Shown in pieces: positions 38,675 to 49,326 of a DNA stretch of 64,000 nt; the first letter of the stretch is position 1, and the number at the start of each line of letters is the position of its first letter. The stretch lies in the NCBI GenBank assembly GCA_052426225.1, contig JBNJNM010000011.1, forward strand, positions 4,402,001-4,466,000, in the 5' to 3' direction. Made by a program: the position numbers and the translations under genes. Source of the DNA: Zancudomyces culisetae HAW-14-8. Lineage: Eukaryota > Fungi > Kickxellomycota. The notes under the pieces were generated by a model that had not been told where the DNA came from, ran no database searches, and saw only the letters and a list, made by a program, of their open reading frames with translations.

Positions 38675-39948
38675 CTATATCAATAATATTTACACTTTAA
38701 AACTAAATAGGTATAGTCTATCGTATGGAGATATTTTTTTAAAAAAAAAGAAACCGTAATGTTGTCATTATAACCTTTAACACATATCACTGATTTTTAC
38801 CTTTAATACAGTTTATATTAAGTACTTTACAGGCTGGTCTATAACAATCATATTTGTTTAGCAGTTTAGTGTATGGAAAAAAAACACTAATGTCGGAGTA
38901 GTATAAAAAAGGAGTTATAAGGTCTTTGGGAACACTTTTCGTTTTTTTTGTGGTGGAAGGAAAGGATGATATTAGTTAAGTCTAGCTTTTTTGGTATTTG
39001 CAGGGAGGGGTATAATCAGAACTAGTACAAATGTTGTGCATTTATGAACGAAAGACTAGGTTGAAAAAGAAACATTTACCTGCAGCGGGGGTCTGTTATT
39101 GTAAAGCGTTATTAAAAATTCCCAATAAATCATTTGCTGTCAAATATTAACCTAGATCTAGGGCTTTTCAAAAATTCTAATTAATATACCACCACTAATT
39201 ATAGTTCTAATAATTATTGTTCATTCTCTGTCTCTCAACACAGTTCTAGAATCATAAGCATTAAAAAGTCAGTTTTGTGACAAATTGCATTCAAGATCTA
39301 GTAGAGTAGGAAAAAAAGGATGAGGCCATTATCTTATTTGCAAGTCCACAACACATATGTGCATTTAATCAGCACTAATGGTCTTATGTGTGTTTTTTTT
39401 TGAGAAGTCTCGACGTTTGGTAAAGGTAATAGACGCATCTAGCAGTAGAGTTAGGGTGGAAATTTATAGAGATATAACCACAAAATTAGGCTAATTGGTA
39501 GAATCAAAAAGTAGGACTATATTATTGGATATCTCCAGAAAATCCAACTAATAAGTGAGTAAAAGAAGCATCTCTATATTATGTGTTAGCTGAGTTACCA
39601 CACAGACCCCCTCCCCCCCCCCCCCCGCCTTCAGTATATGTAATGCTACATGAGTTAGGCTTTTTTTGTTCATTATGAATGAAAATATTATGCTTTAGCT
39701 TGTGTAGCGGTTGTGGTAGTAGTTGTAATTATAGATAATGCACTTTGGCACAGCAAATATCACGAAGTCGCAACAATCCCAACCAAATATACCAGCAAAC
39801 GCGAGGTGGGTAAATACACCAAATAATAAGAAAAATATCACTTTATACATAACCACTAGCTCTAAAACCTAAGGCTTACCAGCCGGGAGCAAAAATTAGC
39901 TATTTCCAAAAATAAATAAATTAGTAGACAAAAATTCATTTTTATCGG

Positions 39949-41016
39949 TCATTTCTTGGCCCTAACAGAAAACTTGGATTTCTTTAAAGCTTTCTTAGAG
40001 GGATTATCCAGGGATAATTTGCTGGATTTTGACTTTCTAGATGATTTCAAAAAGTCTGTACGGCTTGCGATGGGATCGTGTTTCCGTTTTTTATATTGGG
40101 AGTATGCTTGATCAAGCCTATTTTCACCGCGGAGAGCGACAAAATCGGAATTCAAGTCCTTAAATTCATCATCAAGTCGCTTATAGCCCTGCTTAAGCAT
40201 TTTTTTGTCCTTTTTATTTACAGTCATACGAATCAAGTAATCCTCTTCATAATTTACGAGCTCCTTGCGATGATGTTCAGCCTTGGCGGATGTTGCTACA
40301 CCAATGGTGTTTGCAGTTCCTGCTGAGGTTGTAGTCTCAGGGAGTTTTGAGTAGTACTCATCTTCCAAAAGTTCGGAAATTACTCGTGAAGATACCTCCT
40401 TGTGGCGCTGTTTCTTTCCTTTTTGTTCTTCGTATTTTGTAGGAATGAGCTTAGGAGGCTGGTAATATTTGCCCTTTTCAACGTCCTCTCGACCCGGTCT
40501 AGCTACTTTACCCGTATCCTTGGTTGAAGATGAAACTAAATTGCCCAATTTGGGTTTGTAATTAAGTTCGTTTTTCTCGTCGTCATCGTCGTCGTCTTCC
40601 TCGCTTGGTGCGTTTGGATTAGCTTTTATCTTTTCTTCTTGTGTTTTCCTTTCGCCGTGTTCTTCTTCCTTGTTGATTGCAGCTCTGATCAGCCTATCCA
40701 TTTGGTATCGAAGTTTCTGTTCAATTGGCCGGATCTTTTCTAGAACTATTCTATTTTCAATTAGATCCTCAATAACCTCTTGTTTTATCTCCTTTCCACC
40801 AACTTTGAGAAGGGAGAACAGTCCTAGTTGTGCCACATACTCCAGCATAGTATATATTTTAACATTCAACAAGCTGATCCCGTCCTCTACCTCCAGGTTA
40901 TCTTGCCCAAGCCGTTCCTTAAGCTTGAATAAAGCTTTTTTTAGCTCTTCTCCCTGAGCCTTAATTGTATTAAACCTGGTTATGCATTTCTCTTGTGTAC
41001 TGATTGTTTGTGACAT
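39949..41016 (-). CDS. LCP5: SSU processome factor Lcp5/Neuroguidin (Sas10/C1D family)
   Basis: GISLLNVK..TMLEY, LIENRIVLEKIRPIEQKLRYQMDRL, YQPPKL, YEED...R. Confidence 0.93.
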   Translation of the reverse strand: MSQTISTQEKCITRFNTIKAQGEELKKALFKLKERLGQDNLEVEDGISLLNVKIYTMLEYVAQLGLFSLLKVGGKEIKQEVIEDLIENRIVLEKIRPIEQKLRYQMDRLIRAAINKEEEHGERKTQEEKIKANPNAPSEEDDDDDDEKNELNYKPKLGNLVSSSTKDTGKVARPGREDVEKGKYYQPPKLIPTKYEEQKGKKQRHKEVSSRVISELLEDEYYSKLPETTTSAGTANTIGVATSAKAEHHRKELVNYEEDYLIRMTVNKKDKKMLKQGYKRLDDEFKDLNSDFVALRGENRLDQAYSQYKKRKHDPIASRTDFLKSSRKSKSSKLSLDNPSKKALKKSKFSVRAKK

Positions 41017-41472
41017 TTTTGTGTTTAATTTACACTTGCATCTGTCTTCACTATAAGCCGAAAGCAAATATTGAAAACTTTACTATGTACAAAGAATGAG
41101 GAATACTCGATCAATGCGACTTTCCAAAGTATATCCGATTTCAGACTATAGTGTCCTTTTTTTCTTCAGTTTATCCACTATGAATCAGATGGAAAAAAAA
41201 TTTTTTTTCCCATTAGCTAATAGAATCATTTTTCTGAGATATATAGAACCACACTTTGAGCCATTTCAAAATAATCACATGATTAGTCATTTCACTTCAC
41301 ACATCACAGGGAAGAGACCACAAGAAGCTCAGGGCAATCAATGATCTATACAGTGAGCTACAGTATAAAAAACACTGTCTAATTAAAACATTTATTTATC
41401 TGCCCTAGGAGTAGGCAAAAACAAACAAACAAACATATTATGAAGAAGTACACAAAAAGCGAGAGACTAAAA

Positions 41473-42051
41473 CTAAGCAGTTTTATAAATCAGATGAATC
41501 CCGCTGTCAGTAACGATAGCCTCACTAAGCTCGCCATCGCTCAAAGAAAATGAAGCTTCCTCAAAAGCTGGCTGCATCTGACCTCTACCAAAATACCCAA
41601 GATCCCCACCGCGCTTGGCAGAGGTGCAATCAGAATAGTTTTTGGCGATTTCTTCAAATGTGACTTCTCCGCCCTCAATCTGTTTTCTGTAGTCGTTTAT
41701 AATTTCAAGAGCCTCGTCCTTGGATCTGGTGATAGTTTCCTGTCTCCATGAGCTTGGCCTACGGCTATCCCTATGCTTGACTAGTATATGGCTGACTCTG
41801 ACTTTTCCGGAATTACTATTGGTGTGCGCTGAGTATTTGTGGCTACTGTTAATCGCATCCGAGCCGGTGGGTGGATCCCATCTACTTTCTTTAGTCAAAG
41901 GGTTGAAATAATACGGCATGTTTCTGCTCTTCGACATTCTCACTTCCCAATTGGGTGGCAGAGCGGTTCTGTTTTTTTCACTGCTCTATAGTTGTAATCT
42001 TAGGGTTTATTTTGAGAAACAAAATGTTTAGTTTTTTTTTTTACTTACCAT
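41473..42051 (-). CDS. ESS1: Parvulin prolyl isomerase Ess1/Pin1 (exon 1 = ATG only, 42051-42049; exon 2 41985-41473)
   Basis: WW domain [18 protein letters not shown]....SRWDPP, plus rotamase [20 protein letters not shown]...[13 protein letters not shown]. Confidence 0.97.
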
Positions 42052-43804
42052 TATGTATCTTTATATGGTACCTATTAAGAATAATTATTCAATATAGTAT
42101 AAGAGCTGTTATTAAGCAGGATATGCTATGGCAATATGTGTTTTAAAGCGAAAAAAAAACATTCGGAAAGCGAAATACATACCATCTAATTAAGCATGTT
42201 TTTAAATGAATCGTAAACCAATCTGCCAAGGTGAAGGGGCAAAATTGGCCAGAATGTCTAGATAAGTTTCAATTAAAAAAGTATACTGACTCCACATCTC
42301 ACCCCCTCATCCACCTACCTATCCAAATTGAGACCAGCTTTCTTTTATTGGTTTTAGTATGGACTAGTGTGTAATATTCAATGTCCCAGTTATGCTGCAA
42401 AAATAATTAATTGCAAATTGAGTAGCCGCCAGTAAACAATGAACAAATGAAATCAAAAAAAGAATAAGTTGTGTGTTTTGTAGAGGTTATTATCATTAGA
42501 TAAAGGCTGACATGAACAAGATGCGTTTTTGTATCTTTGCCTCGGGTATGTGGCGGTAGGCATGTGTTGTGACTAGCTAGCTTCCAAGCATAAAAGGAGG
42601 TCATTCCTTTATTATTCTGGGTTGGCTTTTATGGTTAGCAAGAAAAGTGATTCTAAGAAGACTTTGATTAGGATACACATTCTTGGTCACCGATCAAAGC
42701 TGGATAAAATTTTTGTTGCACTTTTGCAGATTTTAGTCGTACCTGTCCAACTTTGAGCAACTGTTTTCCCAAAGCAAAAGTTTTTTTGAGAGAGAAAAAC
42801 GATAGAACCACTGTGGAAGGTTGATGTATCCTATATCCATACTTTCCTACTGTGAGAACCGCTGGGTGCCATAAGGTGCGGATAAGCCAAGAGTCCGGAA
42901 TGAAATTGTGTGGTATTTTTATTTTTTAGAATTGGATAAGCATAAAACTACGTATTGTTAGAACAAAAAATAACTTTACATACCCACAACAAATGTTGTA
43001 GCCTTCAGTACACGCATCATCCCACCACGCCTCCCACTCCCTCATCTTCAAGTGAAGAGTGGTTTTGTAAAAAAAAGTGTACAATGAGTGTGTATTCCCT
43101 GTGCCTTTATCTTTCTTTTATTTTTGGTGTGGAGGGGGAAAAGAAGTGAGAAAAAGAGAAGGGTTACGATGCGACATAGGGAGTGAAACCTAAAAGACCC
43201 TTTCCGCGTAATGTATACAGATATGAGAATAAAACCAAGTTGGGTTGAAGAGTTGTGAGGTTCACACGTTGCTTATTTAAATTTCTCCAAAATTTGAAAT
43301 AGATAGTTTTCTCCTCAAAAAAAAAGGCAATAAGAGTAAGATGTGCTGATAGTCTTTGTGTGTGACATAGTTCCCGAAAACTCTTGCTCGTATATTATGT
43401 AGTACAATTTCCGCTTACCCGCAGATTTAACAAAAACGTAATTTTAAGAATCAGCGATAACGTGACGAGAAAAATTAACACAAAAAGTAAGGAACAATGG
43501 TGTCGAATTAGAACATAACAGCCAGAGTTAAATTATTGGCGGAACGGATGGGAATAGATTGGTTGGCGAAACCATGTACTTTCCTATCAAAAGGGGAAAT
43601 ATGGAAAACCTTGAGCGACTGTTATTAGTAAACAAAAAACAGTGATTAATTTCAGAAACAGAATTATTGAATGCTAGATTACAATGGATAAAATACACCG
43701 AAAATACCTGTGAAACTCAATAAATAAATGAAACCAAAAGACACATATATATAGATAATCTCTGAGGTTAGATTACACATGTAAAAATAAATGTAGTAGA
43801 CGGC

Positions 43805-45299
43805 ATGAAGTACAAAGAGTTCGAAATTGTGGACGAAAGTCTAAACAAAGTGATAATAGAAGTCGAAAACAAAGAGAGGCATGGAGCTATGGGGGGAACG
43901 GTACACGGTAAAGGTAATTTGATTGATAGCATCCCTCAAAAAAAAACTTGGATTTACTACAAAAGTGTATATACTAACAAGAAATGGGTATCTGGATGCG
44001 AATTAAATAATCAAAATAGTAGCAGGGATGCAAGAGATGGCGGATGAACAAAGAAGAAGGGAAATGCTAGAGAAGAGAGTAGATATGGAATTAGACAAGG
44101 GGAAAGTGCTTCATAATGGATACTTGCTGCGAAAAAGCAAGGTAATGCGTGGAAATATAGGCATTATTGATTATATATTATTTTTGGTGAGTTCGCATGG
44201 TCACTTTTGGAAGGGTATTTAACGGTCACCCTTATATGGAAATAAAAATAGAAGAACTGGAAGAAAAATTGGGTTGTTCTTCGGCCACAAAGCTTGATGA
44301 TTTATAATTCAAATGAGGTAGGTTTACCTATACATAGTATACAAATGGACATAAATGAAAAGTCACACATATAGAAGCGTTGTCACTAATAAACGTTATC
44401 GCTGCTAAAATTGGGCTTTATAGGAATATAAAATTAAAAAATTGATAAAGGCAGAGAATATTAGACAAGTAGCGCGGGTAGAAAGTAGCAAATATAAATG
44501 TCTACTAGCAGTAGTAAGTGAAGACAAAAAAATACAGCTTTTCAGGAGCGATAGTGAAAAAGGGATCGAAACGTGGATTAAAGTGATAAGGGAGTGTAGA
44601 GACACAGCAATAAAGCAACTGGAATGTGCTGGGCTTGGAGAAACCAAAAAAATGATACAAGCAGCAAAAGTAAACATAACAGTTAGCACGCTTCAATCCT
44701 ATGAAGAGCACAACAGTGAGGACGAGCAGGTTGGTGGATGTAATGATAAGCAAGGGGGTGTGGAGGCAATCGGGAAAGAGATGGGGATCTGTGAAGAGAG
44801 AGTAGACGTAAAGAGCAAGAGAAAAGAAAAAGATCAAAGCGAAAGCGAGAGTGAAGAAGAAGATGATGATGATGAAGGGGAAGGAGAAGGGGAGGAGGCG
44901 AGTGAAGGTGAAAAGGAAGGAGGGGACAAAGACAAGAAGAAAGAGGATGACAAAAAGGAGCTAACAAAGGTATTACAACGGTTGAACAGTGAACGGGAAT
45001 TAAAAAGTGGGTATTTGTACAAAAAGGCAAATCTAATTAAATGGAATATGAGATACTTCACGCTTCGCAGCAATACATTATCATGGTATCTGGATGGAAC
45101 TGTATACCAACCAATCAGAATCATTGATCGGAAGAATATACAAAATATAACTGCGCAAGAAAAAAATAACCGAAAGAAAATCCGAATTAAAGTGCAATAC
45201 AAGGGCAAAGAGAAAGAGTATGTTTTAACACATCCCGACGAAGCAGTTGTAAACGATTGGATAGAAATACTAAATCGATGGTATTCGTCAGATGAATAA
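43805..45299 (+). CDS. Tandem PH-domain protein, Opy1-like, 4 exons
   Basis: PH1 GYLLRKSK|KNWKKNWVVLRPQSLMIY...WIKVI, acidic linker, PH2 SGYLYKK...WNMRYFTLRSNTLSWY...DWIEIL; TACTAAC branch site in intron 1. Confidence 0.85.
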
Positions 45300-45372
45300 G
45301 CGAATGTTTGTACTTTTTTCTTTATTTAATTTAGTTTATTCATATACGAACACAAGTAGTGGTGGAATAAAT

Positions 45373-46566
45373 TCAAAGTTTTGAGGAAACGCAGGAAGCT
45401 TGTATGGCACGTCTCCAGTCGTTCTTGAGATCTTCAATGTTCTCCAAGCCTACACTAACTCTGAGCTGTCTGGGATCGGTAGTTGGATCCTCACCGTGTC
45501 TCCAGTCAACAAGAGAGTTTACGTCTCCCAAGCTTGTGGCAAAGGTAGTAAGACGCAGGTTTTTTGCAACAGCCAAGGCCTGCTCTCTTGATTTGAGAGT
45601 GACGGTAAACAGGGCACCAAATCCGTTGGGATGTTGAGCGCATACATCAAAAGCGGGGTGCACCTTTTGGATGGATGCATGGCGTACCTGAACAATGGTT
45701 CCAAATGGAATCTTGTTTTCCTCCTCAGAAGCAATTGGACTGATAGCCATGTTGTGGAACCAGGCAACCAACATCTTTGCTGTCTTTGACTGTTGCATTA
45801 CTCGCAATTCCAGGGTTCTCAGCGAACGAAGAAGCAGCCAAGTCTCAAGATTTCCTGGAACGGCACCAGATACTGATCTTTCCTTATTTAACGCTTTGGC
45901 CAAGTCTGGGCACTTTGAAACTACAACCCCGGCCAAAATATCGGCGTGTCCACCTAGATATTTGGTTGCGCTGTGCAGTACCACATCTGCTCCTTGGATG
46001 AATGGGTTGCAAAGTGGTGGTGGTGCCAATGTGGAGTCGACAACTAGCAATGCATTAACTGCATGTGCCCTGTTTGCGTAGTAACGGATATCAAATACTT
46101 CTCCGTGTGGGTTAATTGGTGTTTCAATATACACAAAATCACCCTCTTTGAATTCTGCATCAAGCCCTAGGACAGTTGCACTTCCTACGTGGTGTTGCAA
46201 GTATGCTTGGACGACGTTGAAGCTGCCAAAGTAACCTCTGTTCATCAAAATTCGACGGGGTTTATAATGGTTCAATAATGCACCAAGTGCTGATAATCCG
46301 CTTGAATATGCTACAGCATATCCCCCACAGATTGTTGACAATACAGATTCCACTCTAGCTAGTGTCGGGGTTCCGTATCTAGCATACTCATATACTTGGT
46401 CTGTGCCATAGTTCGGCGCTTTCATATCTTTGCGTGAGTATGCATATGTTACGCTTGTGTTAATTGCTGGTGAGACTTCTGGATGTACATCCAGATGTCT
46501 GTCAGCATGTACTGCCTTTGTTGATAGTGCGGTTGTTTCAAAGAACGGGTTTTTGATTTCTGGCAT
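45373..46566 (-). CDS. PLP-dependent Cys/Met trans-sulfuration enzyme (cystathionine lyase/synthase family, YHR112C-like) with C-terminal SKL
   Basis: YARYGTP, YSSGLSA, ETPINP, VVDST, HSATKYLGGHAD (PLP lysine), ATSLG and LRVSVGLE. Confidence 0.92.
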   Translation of the reverse strand: MPEIKNPFFETTALSTKAVHADRHLDVHPEVSPAINTSVTYAYSRKDMKAPNYGTDQVYEYARYGTPTLARVESVLSTICGGYAVAYSSGLSALGALLNHYKPRRILMNRGYFGSFNVVQAYLQHHVGSATVLGLDAEFKEGDFVYIETPINPHGEVFDIRYYANRAHAVNALLVVDSTLAPPPLCNPFIQGADVVLHSATKYLGGHADILAGVVVSKCPDLAKALNKERSVSGAVPGNLETWLLLRSLRTLELRVMQQSKTAKMLVAWFHNMAISPIASEEENKIPFGTIVQVRHASIQKVHPAFDVCAQHPNGFGALFTVTLKSREQALAVAKNLRLTTFATSLGDVNSLVDWRHGEDPTTDPRQLRVSVGLENIEDLKNDWRRAIQASCVSSKL

Positions 46567-48489
46567 TTTGTGTGTCTTGTAGCTTTTTTTATTCCTGTTC
46601 ACTCCTCAATTTGATTTATTTTTCTTCGTGAGTCTCCTCTTTTATACTTTGATTTGTAGCCTTGTTTTAGATAAACTGCAATGAAAGCGCAGTATTTTTT
46701 TTTAAAAAAAAAGGAGGTTATTGTTATGGACCAACAGATGAATCTCCATACTTCTTTGCACTTTATTATGCGTTTTTCAGGTTCTAAAAGGTTCTCAACA
46801 TCATTTGTGATTATGATACCTCTAGCTCAAATAGTTGAAATTTGATTCCTTTTTACATAACCCTATTGGCCATAGTGCTTCACAATTCCGCAAATAATCG
46901 ACAATTCAAAATTACTCAAAATGCGATAAAATAAAATGAGCCTAAAATACATAGTGAGAGAGTTGGTGATCATAGAGTTATTAATTGCAAGATGGGTTGC
47001 TATCAGTACCAAGTGTGCAGGTTATGCAAAGGTATAAAATCTCCCTACCAATGACATGTTGAGATGTAAACAAAAAAACCCCCAAGTATGCTTGTATAAT
47101 TCTTGTGTCCAAGTCCTTTTTTGCTGTCCTGCCAAAGACATCATATTTTAATGCAATTTCGACATACTGACCACCTTTCAAATGTTTTTTTTTGTAATTC
47201 TATTGTTAATATTTTCAGCTTTACTTTTATTGCAAGTGAATTGCGTTTCAAATCTATTCCAATAAACCATCAAATCAGTGCACTGGTTCGTAAATGACAC
47301 GTATTTGAGTTATTCCCAAAACAAAACCAACTAACGTCTTTTTTAAATAAGATAAATGAGAGGCGAGCTAATGAGACAAGAAAATACATGAGAATGGAAA
47401 TATGCTAGAAAGATCCAATTCCTTGTTGGTATGGACAAGCATAAAAGTTACAACAAATAAGATTGACAATCGGGTTTTTCAAGGATCATGCAGTGCGAAT
47501 AACTTTAAAATAGTTGCATGTAAATTGCAACATCATTAGTTTCGTCTTGCTTAACCCTCAAGCCCAATCTTTGATCTCCAAAGGTTATTTATCTAATATT
47601 GCGAATACACCAATTTTCGAGCAAAAAGTATGCGTCCTTCATAGGATATCTCGCGAATTATTATTTTACCTCCACTCCCCTCCATCCTTGAATGAATATC
47701 TCTTAGCTGGGCTCTACCTGGCATTGTTTAGTCACAATTTCCAATTAGAATACTATCAAGGAACCTTTTTTGGAGTCCAGACTCGCGGATTTGCTTGATT
47801 TATTCGACCAGTACTGTAATCCTACATGGAATAGGGTCAATAAGATGTCTACTATAGTTATATGGCTCTTCTTCGGATATCCTACAACTTACTAGAAAAA
47901 TACATTTATGGATTCAGCAACATGCACAGCTGAGAGAATAAACCATGAGGATGAAAAAAAAAAGTGCAAAGAAACCCTTTCTGATCAAAAACCAAGTGTT
48001 ATACGGTGCTGCTGCATACAGCCATATAAGATTCCCTTATTTGGCACTTATAGCAACAGGCCTATCCTTTTCAACTAGTTTATGCGGCTAGCTTGGTTTA
48101 AATCCGCTTGAAAATTACCTTTTTAATCTGTGTTACAAGATTAGGTTTGTACATTGCGAGATAGCAGAGAAATGAAGTGTAAAAAAACGGGGCTTTTTCT
48201 GGCCTACCCTTGTCTCTGTCTTTGTAACACCTGGGTTTGTTTGATTTTGACAGATGGGTGCGCTCTTTAACACAGATATAGGTAGCAAACAACTGATCGA
48301 TAAAAAAAAGGTCATCAAAGTTGGTAGATATCTTTACAAGATTACCTACCATATTTTGAGCGACACATGCACTACCAATAGGTCAGGGCACAAAAAAAAA
48401 AGTAAATGATATGTGCGTTTGTATTTTAAACAGTAGCTATTTTCGGTAAAAATAACGACATTTGGATATTAAATGATATGATGTATATA

Positions 48490-49326
48490 CTAAACAAATA
48501 AGAATGGATGTCTAGTTTTAAAAGAATTGACTTTTTCATCTACTCTTTCAGCGTTTTTTATAACTTTCTTTCGCTTTTTACGAATTTGATCAACCATTTT
48601 TTTGACACTGTACTTTACTGAATCATTGCTAATCCAACTTTCAGAGATATTTCCCTCGGTATTAACATTGGAGTCGCCGATACCATTGTCTTCAGTGGAG
48701 CTGGTGTCCCCATTGAAAGCGTTGCTAAATACCGGGTCATATGGATCAAGTTTAATAGAGGTTGGAATGCTCAAAGGCATTATCACATCGACCTTCTCCA
48801 TTAGACGCCATATTTGTTCTTGGGTGTATAATATCGATAGCCTGGTATTCTCCTTTTGTTTATCTAGCAGCTTATGGATGTCATCCTGTTCTTTTGCTGC
48901 CTTATTGCCCACATCCAGTGAGTTGGTTTCAACACGTAAATCATTCTTGGCGACAGATTCTGGTACTTCTTTACTCATGATCAAGGTGGCATCACCGGCT
49001 CCTTGATCGCCGTTTTCATCCCCTTTGTTAATATTGCTATCATTGTTAATAGCGTCACTCTCCTGAAGTAGTTTTATATACTTTTGAATTTTCTTTTCCA
49101 GATCGGGGAGTTGAAAGCTTTCGATCTTTGAAATTTCTGAATTAATCCCTACTAGCTGGCGATTCAAATTTCTATAGTGCTCCAATGCCTTTTTTATTAC
49201 TTTTTTCTGTTCATGATCGTCAATGATGTGTTTTCCAATAAAATACAACCCCGCCACCACCGTCCCTGCAATAACTAGTCCAAATATTGCCCTTCTAGGA
49301 GACAATGCTTGATTATCCACTTTCAT
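48490..49326 (-). CDS. N-terminally membrane-anchored coiled-coil protein, candidate BAG-domain (Snl1-like) co-chaperone
   Basis: TM AIFGLVIAGTVVAGLYFI, with BAG-like helices QEQIWRLMEKVDVI and IRKKRKKVIKNAE. The ORF is confident, the family is tentative. Confidence 0.65.
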   Translation of the reverse strand: MKVDNQALSPRRAIFGLVIAGTVVAGLYFIGKHIIDDHEQKKVIKKALEHYRNLNRQLVGINSEISKIESFQLPDLEKKIQKYIKLLQESDAINNDSNINKGDENGDQGAGDATLIMSKEVPESVAKNDLRVETNSLDVGNKAAKEQDDIHKLLDKQKENTRLSILYTQEQIWRLMEKVDVIMPLSIPTSIKLDPYDPVFSNAFNGDTSSTEDNGIGDSNVNTEGNISESWISNDSVKYSVKKMVDQIRKKRKKVIKNAERVDEKVNSFKTRHPFLFV

